Part shown: one piece after another, positions 40,696-50,860 of the stretch
How positions within the stretch are numbered: the first letter of the stretch is position 1
Layout of the letters: each line of letters opens with the position of its first letter
Source: an uncultured Gemmatimonadales bacterium
GTDB lineage: Bacteria > Gemmatimonadota > Gemmatimonadetes > Gemmatimonadales > Gemmatimonadaceae
Reading direction: 5' to 3'
DNA: 64,000 bases
Assembly (NCBI GenBank): GCA_963793305.1
Contig: CAWBZV010000003.1
Location: forward strand, 64,001-128,000
The notes under the pieces: model-generated
Seen by the model: only the letters and a program-made list of their open reading frames with translations
Database searches by the model: none
What the model was told of the DNA's origin: nothing
Program-made: the position numbers and the translations under genes

Positions 40696-41496
40696 ATGCC
40701 CGTCGCGAAGGCCGTTCGAGTGTCCGTGCTGATGGTCGTACTGGTGGTGGCCGCGGCGGCGCTACGGAACCACCGGCGCGCGGCGGCGAAGCATCCGCTG
40801 GTGCAGCTGACGCACGCGGACAGCGAACTCGTGGTCCAGGCATACGAGAACCAGGTCCAGTCCATGGGCTACCGGTACCCCGGACCGCCGCAGTGGCTGC
40901 GCGAGCTGCACCTGGAGAGACTGCGGCTGAATGCCCAGCAGCAGATCGCCACCGACAGCGCGCCGGCGGCAGCGTCCAGAGATCGGATCGACTCCATCGT
41001 CGACGCGGACGGCGACGGAACGTACATCAGGCGCGTGATCGCCGAGGGCGCGGGTAGCATCTCTCGCTGGCCCGACAACAAAGATACAGTCGCCGTCTGG
41101 ATCGCGGCCCATCAATATGCAGCGGTCGTGCGAACCTCGTTTCGCCGTTGGAACGAGGCCCAGGCTCCGGTGACCTACGTGATCGTCGACGACTCGACCA
41201 CGGCCGATGTACACGTCACGTGGGCCCAAACGCTCCCATTCCAGGGGGAGCTCGGCACCACGTTTCGGCTCACCGACAATGATGGCCGCATCCTCGTCGC
41301 GCACGTGCTGCTGCTATCCACGGCCCCCATCGAGGGTATCCAGAACGCCGCGTTGCACGAAGCAGGTCACGCCCTCGGTCTCGACCACTCGCCGAACCCG
41401 GACGACATCATGTCGAGCGCGGGGAACGGTAAGAAGTGGCAGTTGAGCGACGCCGACCTCAAGACGCTCCGCGTCCTGTACGAGATCCCGTTCTAG
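40696..41496 (+). CDS. matrixin (M10) family metalloprotease
   Basis: HEAGHALGLDHS..DIM zinc motif and Met-turn. Confidence 0.88.
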   Translation: MPVAKAVRVSVLMVVLVVAAAALRNHRRAAAKHPLVQLTHADSELVVQAYENQVQSMGYRYPGPPQWLRELHLERLRLNAQQQIATDSAPAAASRDRIDSIVDADGDGTYIRRVIAEGAGSISRWPDNKDTVAVWIAAHQYAAVVRTSFRRWNEAQAPVTYVIVDDSTTADVHVTWAQTLPFQGELGTTFRLTDNDGRILVAHVLLLSTAPIEGIQNAALHEAGHALGLDHSPNPDDIMSSAGNGKKWQLSDADLKTLRVLYEIPF

Positions 41497-41849
41497 CGGA
41501 GCGTCGCCGCGAGCTTCTTGGGCGCCGCTCGCTTGTGGGCGGTGCGCAAGAGCTCCGTGACGACCTTCCAGTTCGGCCTCTTATCGAGCCAGACACCGAT
41601 CCAGCCGTAGGGCCCGACGTACGGCGGCACGAAAAACCGGCGCGGGTTCGAGCGCACCAGATACTCCTGGTCCATGTGCGAGCCCTTGCACCACACGGCC
41701 GGGTGGCCGTGGCCGTGATGGGTCTCTGCCGACGCATACATCGCGAAGATCTTATTGCGCACCCGAAACGTGGGCTCGCCCCACGTCTTGACCTCGTGCG
41801 ATTCGGGGAGCTTGCGGCAGATCGCGCGGAGCTGCGCCAACGGAGTTAT
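41493..41849 (-). CDS. MmcQ/YjbR family protein (start uncertain)
   Basis: ICRKLPE..WGEPTFRVRNKIFA, FFVPPYVG..GWIGV. Confidence 0.85.
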   Translation of the reverse strand: MTPLAQLRAICRKLPESHEVKTWGEPTFRVRNKIFAMYASAETHHGHGHPAVWCKGSHMDQEYLVRSNPRRFFVPPYVGPYGWIGVWLDKRPNWKVVTELLRTAHKRAAPKKLAATLR

Positions 41850-43742
41850 TGGCGCAGCCCGGTGAGCATGACCTCTTGCTTGACCGGGCACGAGCCCGCG
41901 AGCGCCGGACGGAACCGGAATGCGGGCAACACTCGAGCCGCGGCGGCAAGGGCATCGGGCGAGGCCGCAGCCGCGAGAAGCGTCGAGGGAACGGCACGGC
42001 CCTGTTCATCGACGACGAACTCGAACTTACCAGTCACCGACAACCCCGGTTGCGTCGAGTCCGGGTCGAGCGCCGCGGTGCGGGCGAGGGACATGACCGA
42101 GGCGGCGACGCGCGCGAAGAGGATGGAGGCCGGCGCATCGGATGATGGTGCGACTGATGAGAGTGAGAACGTGTAGTGCCCTGCTTTGAGCGAGCGGAAC
42201 GCGTGCGCTACATCGGCGCCGCGGATCGCATCGACCACGCTGCTGTCGATCGATGGCGAGAGCGAGGTCGCGGTCACCGCAATGCCCGTCGCGTGTCCGG
42301 TGGCGTCGAGCGTAGAACGCCGTCTGAGCGGTCAACGTCTGCGGCGCCTTGGAACCGGTGGCGTAGCCGTACACGGGCAGCGCGAAATCATTCGGCATAT
42401 GGAACGACGCCCGCATCTTCGCCAGCACATCGCTGGCACGAGCGTCCAACGCACTGGGGCCGGCGAGCGTGCCATAAATGAGTACGTCGGCCGTCTCGAA
42501 GGACGGCGGCATCGTGCAGGCGACGTTGACCACAAACCCCGAGCTCCGACCAGGCGCGTGCGCCTGGCCTTGGGAGCCAATCGTGTCGGCGATGAACGAG
42601 CGGTCGAGCACGAGATCCTGCTGAATGGACACTCGCTGCTCCGATTTGCCGGAGATAGCCCGAGAATCCACCGACATTCTTGGCGCCTTGGTCCGCGAGA
42701 GACCCCATCGATTGCAGGCCACCAGTGGTGACATTCGTGAGCGGCTGCTCCGTGCGCGACGACACGAGCATCGGAACGAACGGCACCTCCTCACGGAAGG
42801 TCGCCGTCACTTTGACGTACGGCGCCGCCCCGCCAACGGCGCCAGCGTGCGTCAACGTGAAGACCGCGCGCTTGACGACGTACCTCGCGTCATCGAGGTA
42901 GATCGATCCGGTGACATCAGGCGCCTTGATCACGTCGGCTGGACGAAAGTCGATGCGCAGCTCATGCGCCACGTCGCCCACATACGCGAAGCAATGCGCT
43001 ACCGCAAATGCGGCATCGGCGAGATCGCTCAGCGTCGGGATGAACATCATCATGCGCTTCCCACCGCTCACCGATCGCTGTTCGTAGACGACACCGCCGA
43101 TGGCATACTGATGCCGCTGCCGGCTGTCATACGTCGCCGTGTCGAGCGCGATCACGCTGTCCGTCTCGTCTCTGGTGTGCACGTTGAGGAGAACCGCCCG
43201 GCTCTCCGCCAACCGGTAATTGAACGGATACTGATCGAGGAGAATCCGGTACCGCTCGGCGTTCTGGCGCACCTGCGCCAGTACCATAGCGACCGCGGGC
43301 GAAGCGCCCGACTCGGCCAACTGCGGCGCGGCGCACCCGTGCTGCGGAGACTCGGCCGGGAGGTTAGCGAGACGGACGGGGAGAGGCTGGAGTCGCAGCA
43401 CGAGGTGCTGAGAACTGGTGCCGGCACTGAGGGTCGTGTCCACCGGCAGAAACCCGACCTGCTGAGCACGCAGGCGATAGGTGCCAGTGGCAGGGACGCC
43501 CAAGTGAGAACCGACCGGCGACATCGGCAAACCGCCCCTCCGCCGTGTCCCCGATGGCTGATCGTGCCGTACGGCACGGGTTGGGAATCGGCGGCCGAAA
43601 CTACGGTACCGCTCACGACTTGCGCTCCGAGGGCAAACGGCACTGCGAAGAGCGCAAGGGTTGCCGCGTAGGCGGCTCGGAATCGTCCGTTTAGTTTTGA
43701 CGTAGGCCCCCAAACTACGTCCTGCGCACGGGGCGTCAACAA
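41846..43742 (-). CDS. large secreted protein with carboxypeptidase-regulatory-like N-terminus and TonB-C-like C-terminus, several frameshifts
   Basis: QVVSGTVVSAADSQPVPYG, GTYRLRAQQVGF, HCFAYVG and terminal FVVDEQGRAVPST..FRFRPALAGSCPVKQ occur in different frames. Confidence 0.55.
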
Positions 43743-43807
43743 TCCGCTGTCAATTCTCTGACGCCCAGCTTGAACCTTACGTGAGCCTGACGCACACTGT
43801 GTCTACC

Positions 43808-44704
43808 ATGAAGCGATTACTGCTGCTCACGCTGCTCGGCGCCTGGTCGACCGCGACCCCGATCCCGGAGAAGATACAGGAGGAGCACGGGGCGCTTCTC
43901 GACGGAAAGATCTACATCGCCGGCGGATTCGACTCGACCGATACGCAGACCAACCGCGCGTATCGGTATGATCCGAGCCACGATACCTGGGAGCGCATCG
44001 CGGACCTTCCGGGGTCGCGGCATCACATGCCGCTCATCGTCCTGAATGACACGCTCTACGCCGTTGGCGGGCTCCAAGGCGACTCGGCGTTCGATGCCGT
44101 GGCGACCATGTGGATGTACCGCGTCGACCGGAACCGGTGGGAAGAACGAGCGCCGTTGCCCAAGCCGCGGGGCGCGTCGGCGGCTGGGGTGGTTGACGGC
44201 AAGATTGTCGTCGTCGGTGGCTTCGGGACCAAGTACAAGCTGCTCGACTCCATCACGGTCTACGATCCCGCGACAAATCACTGGACGAATCGTGCGCCGA
44301 TTCCAACCGTCAGGGATCACCTCACGGCAGAAGTGGTGCACGGCGTGCTATATGCCATCGGCGGCCGACCGCTCGACCCGGCCAAGAACTATAATGTCGT
44401 CGAGGCCTACGACCTGGCGACGAATCAGTGGACGAAGAAAGCGAGCATGCCGAGTAAGCGCGGTGGACTCGGCTCGGCCGTCATCGCCGGAAAAATTCAC
44501 ACATTCGGCGGCGAGACCCGAAACTCCGTCTTCGCGAATCACGAGGTGTACGACCCCGCGCACGACACGTGGAGCGTCGCGGAACCCATGCCGACGGCGC
44601 GGCATGGACTGGCGGTCGTCGCGGTCGACGATCGGATCTACGTGATCGGCGGCGGACCAAAATCCGGGAGCGGACAGACGAACGTGGTCGAAGTCTGGCG
44701 CTGA
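43808..44704 (+). CDS. secreted Kelch repeat protein
   Basis: Six GG-containing kelch repeats (IYIAGG, LYAVGG, IVVVGG...YDP..W). Confidence 0.92.
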   Translation: MKRLLLLTLLGAWSTATPIPEKIQEEHGALLDGKIYIAGGFDSTDTQTNRAYRYDPSHDTWERIADLPGSRHHMPLIVLNDTLYAVGGLQGDSAFDAVATMWMYRVDRNRWEERAPLPKPRGASAAGVVDGKIVVVGGFGTKYKLLDSITVYDPATNHWTNRAPIPTVRDHLTAEVVHGVLYAIGGRPLDPAKNYNVVEAYDLATNQWTKKASMPSKRGGLGSAVIAGKIHTFGGETRNSVFANHEVYDPAHDTWSVAEPMPTARHGLAVVAVDDRIYVIGGGPKSGSGQTNVVEVWR

Positions 44705-44706
44705 GC

Positions 44707-47529
44707 ATGCGGCGATACGCGTGCAGGATCCTGCACGTGGCGGTCGCGACGGCAGTAATGGTCGCGACCGGTGGGGCGCAGACTGCCGCGGAAGCGCGGA
44801 GCGTCGTCCGCCAAGCGCGGCACGCGTACGAAGTCGACAGCTCAGCGGCATTCGACCAACGATGGACTCGCGCACTCGCGCGGGACTCCTCTGACCGACT
44901 GGCCGCGCTCGGCCTCGCGTCGCTCGCGTGGCTCAACGCGCGGTACGACGAGGCCGACCGCCGGTACGGTTCGCTGCTGCACCAGCGCGACGCGGTGAGC
45001 GTGTATGCTCAGCTCGGGCTGGCCCAAGTGCAGTTCGCGGAGAGCGCGCCTGGACCCGCGGATACCGCGTACAGCAAAGCGGCCACCGCCGCGCGCGCCG
45101 CGAAAGACTCCGCCGCGCTCGTCGAGGCCCTCCTCGGCTGGGCCGTAATGAGAGCGCATAGCCGATCGGCGGCCGAGGGGGCGGCGCTGCTCACGGGCGT
45201 CGAAGCGTTCATCCCGCACGGAGACGACGGTCTCGAAGCGAACTACCAGTGCACCCGCGTCGCGCTCGGCCTCCTTCCTCGGGGCGCCGACCCGCGACCG
45301 ACGCTGCAGCGCGGCGCCGCACTCGCCAAGGCCGCCGGTGAGCCAGACATCGAGGGATTCTGCTGGTTCGTCCTCGGCACCGGGCTCGAACGCTTCGGCG
45401 ACATGGCCGGCGCGATCGCGGTCTTCGACACACTCGAGCGACAAGTGCTCGCGCCCGGCGATTTCACCAATCGCGCCCGCGTTCGCCAGCACCGCGCGTA
45501 CTGTGAGCAATCGATCGGCGACTACGGCGCCGCCCTGCGCTCGGCGCGCATGGCAATTGCCGACGGCGAGCGCGCTCACAGCCTCGCGGTCATTGCGTAT
45601 GCGCGACTGACCCAAGGGACCGTCTATCTCGGTCTCGGTGACATCACGGCCGCGGCACGCGCCTCCGATAGCGCCGCGGCCGTCTTCTCCCAGGTCGGCG
45701 ACGTCATCGGTCGCCTCAACGCGATAACGACTCTCGGACAGGTCGCCCTCGCCGGCGACGATACGGCGGCGGCACGCCAGGCATTCGCGTCCGAATTTCA
45801 GCTCGGGACGAGCATCAAGGACCTGAACTACGTGGCCGACGCGCAGGCGTGGCTGGCCGATGTCGCGATGCACGAAGAACGATGGAACGAGGCGGGTCAA
45901 TGGCTCGACGCTGAGCACATCACTATCCAGCGCGGCCGTCTCCAGGGATGGGCCTCGACCGAGGATTTCGATCGCGCCGTGCTGGCGCTACGGTCCGGGC
46001 AATGGCGCGAGGCCGAGCGTCGGATGGTGATCGCGTCGCGCGCGATCGATTCGACCCAACACCGCGACCGATACGAGATCGGCGCCTTTCTCGCCGAGAT
46101 CCACCTCGCGCTCGGCGATACCACGCGCGCGGAACGGGAGCTCACGGCCGCGAGTGATGCGTTCGATCGGTGGCGCGCAACGCTCGACGATCGCGAAGCC
46201 CGAGTGCTGGCGTTCCAGTTCCATTCACTCGTCGGCGGGCCCGATCCCGGCGTCGCCAAGGTCATCGCGGCCGTGGCGCACGCCGGACGCATCGGCCCGG
46301 CATTCGAGCTGGCCGAACGCCGTCGGGCACGAGATCTCTCTGATCACCTCGTGCAAGCCGGATCGTCCGCGCGCACCGCCGCGGCTCCCGCCAACGTACT
46401 CGAGACGATCCAGCATGCATTGCCGGATGACGCAACCGCGCTCTTCGAGTACGTCACCGGACCCGCCAATGCGCCGACAACGCTCTTTGTCGTGACGCGA
46501 CACAGTGCGCGAGCCTACACGCTGCCGCCAAACGACAGCCTGGCCGCCAACGTCAGCCGGCTCGTGGCATTCGTCGAAAGTGGTATCAGTACGAATGCTC
46601 CCGCGAACGCGTTGGGCTCGGCGCTCGTTACTCCGGCGCTCGCCGATCTACCCGCCGGCATCACGCGGCTCGTCGTCGTGCCGGATGGCGTCGTGCACCA
46701 CGTGCCATTCGGAGCGCTGCGCGTGAATGGCCGGTATCTCGTCCAGACGTACGCGACCGCTCTGGCGCCCTCGGCGGCCGTGCAAGCGTGGCTGTGGGGG
46801 CGCCGCCAGGACCACCACACGTCGGCCACGGTCCTGGCCCTCGGCGACCCCAAGTTCGCGAAAGAGAAATCAGGCGACGCCGAGACGGAGACGTTTCGAT
46901 CGGCGTTCGATGAGACTGGCGGACTACCGCGGCTCAGAGGATCGGCGGCCGAGGCCGAGCTCGTGGGGCAGTTCGGCGCGAGGAGCATCGTGCGACTGCG
47001 CGATAGCGCCAGCGCCTGGTTCTTGAAGCACACCGCGCTCGACAAGTTTCGTGTGATTCATCTCGCGACGCACGCGGTCGTCGATGACCGCGCCGCGACG
47101 CGCACCGCGCTGGCCCTCGCGCCAGGATCTGGCGAGAGCGGGTTCGTGACGCCGACCGACCTGGCGGCGCTGCATCTCAAGGCGGATCTCGTGATGCTCT
47201 CCGCGTGCCGGACCGCGGGCGGCCGCATCATCGCCGGCGAGGGCGTGCGCGGGCTCACCGCGCCGCTGCTTGCCGCCGGAGCGCACGCGGTCGTCGCGTC
47301 GTACTGGGAGATCGGCGATCAGCAGACGGTGAGGCTCGTGCACGACTTCTATCGGGCGATGGCCGAGGGTCACCCGGCGGGCGACGCGCTCAGGCTCGCC
47401 GAGGTCGCGGCGCTCGATCGCGGGGCGCCGCCGCGGGAGTGGGCCGCGTTTGCGATCAGCGGTGACCCAATGGTGCGGGTCCCAGTGAAGGTGCCGGCGT
47501 TCGACTGGTGGTGGCGGTTGTTCCACTAG
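44707..47529 (+). CDS. TPR + CHAT (caspase-like) domain protein
   Basis: TPR helices; VVVPDG, IHLATH and LVMLSAC catalytic His/Cys, VASYW, WAAF. Confidence 0.9.
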   Translation: MRRYACRILHVAVATAVMVATGGAQTAAEARSVVRQARHAYEVDSSAAFDQRWTRALARDSSDRLAALGLASLAWLNARYDEADRRYGSLLHQRDAVSVYAQLGLAQVQFAESAPGPADTAYSKAATAARAAKDSAALVEALLGWAVMRAHSRSAAEGAALLTGVEAFIPHGDDGLEANYQCTRVALGLLPRGADPRPTLQRGAALAKAAGEPDIEGFCWFVLGTGLERFGDMAGAIAVFDTLERQVLAPGDFTNRARVRQHRAYCEQSIGDYGAALRSARMAIADGERAHSLAVIAYARLTQGTVYLGLGDITAAARASDSAAAVFSQVGDVIGRLNAITTLGQVALAGDDTAAARQAFASEFQLGTSIKDLNYVADAQAWLADVAMHEERWNEAGQWLDAEHITIQRGRLQGWASTEDFDRAVLALRSGQWREAERRMVIASRAIDSTQHRDRYEIGAFLAEIHLALGDTTRAERELTAASDAFDRWRATLDDREARVLAFQFHSLVGGPDPGVAKVIAAVAHAGRIGPAFELAERRRARDLSDHLVQAGSSARTAAAPANVLETIQHALPDDATALFEYVTGPANAPTTLFVVTRHSARAYTLPPNDSLAANVSRLVAFVESGISTNAPANALGSALVTPALADLPAGITRLVVVPDGVVHHVPFGALRVNGRYLVQTYATALAPSAAVQAWLWGRRQDHHTSATVLALGDPKFAKEKSGDAETETFRSAFDETGGLPRLRGSAAEAELVGQFGARSIVRLRDSASAWFLKHTALDKFRVIHLATHAVVDDRAATRTALALAPGSGESGFVTPTDLAALHLKADLVMLSACRTAGGRIIAGEGVRGLTAPLLAAGAHAVVASYWEIGDQQTVRLVHDFYRAMAEGHPAGDALRLAEVAALDRGAPPREWAAFAISGDPMVRVPVKVPAFDWWWRLFH

Positions 47530-49213
47530 TGTCGGTCAACGCGCCGAGAAACGCGATCAGCTCCCGCTTCTCGTTCGCGGTCAAGCCGAGGTGCTTGAGC
47601 GGTAGGCTCTGGTTCGGGAGGCGCGCGCCAATGCCCTCGCCTCCCCCACGATCATAGAAGTCGATGACCTGGTCGAGCGTGCGATACACGCCGTTGTGCA
47701 TGTAAGGCGCCGTCACCACGACATTGCGCAGCGATGGCACACGGAACGCGTGGAGATCACGGCCGTCATGGCTGATCGCATATCGCCCCGGATCGATGTC
47801 GGGAGAGGCGTGCACGGTATCAGCGGTGCGCGGAACGCCGAGGACCTCGACCTCGCTGCGATCGAAGTTGGGCGGGGCCATGCCGTTGAACAGTGGCAGC
47901 ATGTGACAGAAGCCACATTGGCCCTTTGCCATGAAGACGGTGAATCCCCGTCGCTCCGTCGGCGAGAGCGCCGTCGAGTCGCCACGGACCGCGCGGTCGA
48001 AGCGGCTGTCCAGGCGAACGAGCGTGCGGACGTACGCGGCGAGCGCGCGCTGGATGCGGATCGCCGGGATCTGGACGCGAGCGGCAATGCTGTCGATCGG
48101 CAGGCCTGACATCTCGCGCGGGTTGGCGATCACATCGCGCACCTGCGCCTCGAGCGTCGGCGCGCGCAGATCCATGAACAAATCGTGCTCGAGCGCGGCA
48201 TCGATCAGCGTCGGCGTGTTCCGGGTCGGATGCACGGCCTGGCCATCGGTGAACGCGCGCGCGGGTTGATGGCACGTCACGCACGCGTGGCCGGAGCTCC
48301 CGCCGAGTCGCGGGTCGTTGAACAGGGATTGACCGAGGGCGACCTCGCTCGGCGTTGGCGGGGGTGCATCGGCCGGCGCGAACGCCCAGACATCAAATGC
48401 GGCCGAGTCGAAGAGCGACGCGGTGCGCCAGAACGCCTCGCCCGAGGGGCGCTGGAGTGCGCGGGCGACACCGGAGGCCTCGCGGGCGAGAAACCGTAGT
48501 CGATCGAACGTCGTGTCGTTCGCTGATCTCAGCGCGAGCGCGGCGGCGGCGAGCGCGGAGTCGAGCGAGGGGGCGCTGACCAGCGCGACAACGCGCTGGA
48601 GACCGTCGAGGGCAGCGGCGCTCTCGTGCAGGCCGGCGTGGGCGAGTCGCGAGTCGCCGTTGGCGAGCCCGATCGCCTCGACGCGCGCGAGCTCCTGTCG
48701 CGCGGCCTCGAGGATCGCCTCTCGTGTCCACGAGGTACCGAAGGTCGACACGCGGAGCCGATCGACCGCGCTGAGCATGGCGCCGACCGGCGCGGTCGCG
48801 CCGGGCAGCACGCTGGGATACAGGCGGAGCTCGACGGCCTGGAAGCCGACCGGGTCGACGAACTGCACGCCCGCGGCGGCTACTTCCGCCGAGTCGTCGG
48901 AGTCGTCCGCCTCGTCGTTGCCACCCTCGATGTCCTGCGCATTGAGCGCGGCCGCGACCGGCGGGGCGGAGTAGGCGAGCCACCACTCGGCGTGCTTATA
49001 CGCGACGCGCGCGCGCGAAAACGCTGCGCGCACAAGGGCGGTGTCGGTCCCCGGCGCCAGGGACAGAGCTTCCAGCGACAGGCGCAGGGTGTCGAGCTGT
49101 GCCGCGTACACGACCCGGGCGGCGTCGAGGTCGCCACGCCCGGGCGCACTGGCCGCGCCGGTGATCGCGCCGCACAAGAGAGCGGCAACGATCCACCGGC
49201 CACGCCTGCTCAC
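47456..49213 (-). CDS. diheme cytochrome c peroxidase/MauG family protein with N-terminal helical extension
   Basis: LFNDPRL, CVTCH, RNTPTL, CGFCH, FRVPSLRNV..TAPYMHNG. Confidence 0.9.
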   Translation of the reverse strand: MSRRGRWIVAALLCGAITGAASAPGRGDLDAARVVYAAQLDTLRLSLEALSLAPGTDTALVRAAFSRARVAYKHAEWWLAYSAPPVAAALNAQDIEGGNDEADDSDDSAEVAAAGVQFVDPVGFQAVELRLYPSVLPGATAPVGAMLSAVDRLRVSTFGTSWTREAILEAARQELARVEAIGLANGDSRLAHAGLHESAAALDGLQRVVALVSAPSLDSALAAAALALRSANDTTFDRLRFLAREASGVARALQRPSGEAFWRTASLFDSAAFDVWAFAPADAPPPTPSEVALGQSLFNDPRLGGSSGHACVTCHQPARAFTDGQAVHPTRNTPTLIDAALEHDLFMDLRAPTLEAQVRDVIANPREMSGLPIDSIAARVQIPAIRIQRALAAYVRTLVRLDSRFDRAVRGDSTALSPTERRGFTVFMAKGQCGFCHMLPLFNGMAPPNFDRSEVEVLGVPRTADTVHASPDIDPGRYAISHDGRDLHAFRVPSLRNVVVTAPYMHNGVYRTLDQVIDFYDRGGGEGIGARLPNQSLPLKHLGLTANEKRELIAFLGALTDTSGTTATTSRTPAPSLGPAPLGHR

Positions 49214-49214
49214 G

Positions 49215-50753
49215 CTATGGCGATCCCGCCGGCGAGCGTCCACCAGAGCGAACCGCCAGCGTCTTGCCTGGCTTTGCGGCAATCGTCGGCACCGGCTTCG
49301 TGATCGTGAAGTGATCGATCAACGAGCCGTCGGCGCCAACCTGCCGGAACGTGATCGTCCGGCCTTTGACATCGATGGCACTCAGCGAATGCTGCGTGGC
49401 CTCGAACGCGTAGGTAAATGCCTGCCAACTGCCCCGGTCTCCTGTCTGCTCGGGGTTGTAGAGCTCGGCGCCGCCGCCGCCCGACACGATGTAGATGACG
49501 CCCTTGGGCACGGTGCGCTTCACGCCATCGAACTCATGGTCGAACCGGTAGTCGCCGTCGATGGTGAACGGCAGACGGCCATTGGTGCGATACCAGTCTG
49601 GCGCGTGCAACGTTCCATCGATCCCGGTCTTGGGATCGCCCGCCAGCTTGGGGAGAAAGGTCATCGGGTACGAGCGTTGATAGTTGTGCACGTGCCCCAT
49701 CAGCACGAGATCGACGTTGCCGGCCTCGAACACGTCGGACATGAGCCGCATCTGCTGCTCGGTGAAATGCTCACGCGACGAGTTGAACCCCGGTTGATGG
49801 AACATCACGAACCGCCACGTCGCACCGGCCGCGTGCGCGAGATCGCGCGCGACCCAGTTCCGCAAGACGGGATCCGTCCAGTCCATGTACGGGTCGGCAT
49901 CGAGCACCGTCCAGTGCGTATTCCCGTAGTCGAACGAGTAGTTCGCCATACGCGGATAGTTGGGCCCGTAGCTCCGCGCCAGCGCGGCCGCCAGCGTCGA
50001 ATCGCTCGCCATGAGCGGCGCGTTGTGCCCAGGCTTCGTGGTCGGGCCGTTGAGCGGCATCGACCAGAAGGCAAAATAGCCGCCATAGTCCGCCATCGAG
50101 TCGTTCACGTTGCGGGCATAGCTCGCGTCGTGATTGCCGATGGCCGCGACGAATGGAATCGATCGCGTGAGCGGCGCTCCGTTGGCCGGCGACGCGCTGT
50201 CCGCGTTATAGATCGGAAAGAACTTCGTTCGGTACTCGCTCATCCGGCCGGAGCCGTACACGATGTCACCGGGGATCGCCACGAAATCCGGGTGCTCCAA
50301 GTACGCGCGGTACGCTATCGCCCGTTGTCCGGGCGTATTCTGGCCGGCGTCGCCGAACACGACCACGCGATACGGCTCGCTCGCGCCTTTGCGCGAGAGC
50401 CCCGAGCTCGTGAAGACGACGGTGCCGTTGCGCTTCACGCGGTACTGGAACGTCGATCCCGGCGCGAGATCGCCGAGCGTGCCGTGATAGACGTTGTACG
50501 GATCGAGACCCGGCACATCGATGCGCGACGGATAGAACGTCCGCTGCGCTTTCCACGCGGTCGCACCCGCCGGCTTGAGATCGACCTCCCACTCGGCGCT
50601 CGTCGTATCCGAGTGCCAGAGGAGGGCCATCGTCACCGTCTCGCCGACGGAGGGAGCGTCGCCGAGCTGGAGATAGGGCTGGACAATAAATGGAGGCTGC
50701 GAAGTCGCGATCGCGGCGGCCGCGAGGGCCTGCACCAGCATCATTTGGAACAT
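49215..50753 (-). CDS. secreted purple acid phosphatase-like metallophosphoesterase with Fn3 domain
   Basis: FGDAG, GDIVY, IGNHD, FHQP, GHVHNYQR. Confidence 0.9.
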   Translation of the reverse strand: MFQMMLVQALAAAAIATSQPPFIVQPYLQLGDAPSVGETVTMALLWHSDTTSAEWEVDLKPAGATAWKAQRTFYPSRIDVPGLDPYNVYHGTLGDLAPGSTFQYRVKRNGTVVFTSSGLSRKGASEPYRVVVFGDAGQNTPGQRAIAYRAYLEHPDFVAIPGDIVYGSGRMSEYRTKFFPIYNADSASPANGAPLTRSIPFVAAIGNHDASYARNVNDSMADYGGYFAFWSMPLNGPTTKPGHNAPLMASDSTLAAALARSYGPNYPRMANYSFDYGNTHWTVLDADPYMDWTDPVLRNWVARDLAHAAGATWRFVMFHQPGFNSSREHFTEQQMRLMSDVFEAGNVDLVLMGHVHNYQRSYPMTFLPKLAGDPKTGIDGTLHAPDWYRTNGRLPFTIDGDYRFDHEFDGVKRTVPKGVIYIVSGGGGAELYNPEQTGDRGSWQAFTYAFEATQHSLSAIDVKGRTITFRQVGADGSLIDHFTITKPVPTIAAKPGKTLAVRSGGRSPAGSP

Positions 50754-50860
50754 GTGACTCAGTGTGTGGGCGGCAGGGTGAAATTACACACAAACCTGCC
50801 CATTAAGACACAGAGTCGTGTAACAAACCCTAACGCCGGGCTCGACCGGCTGCGATTTTC

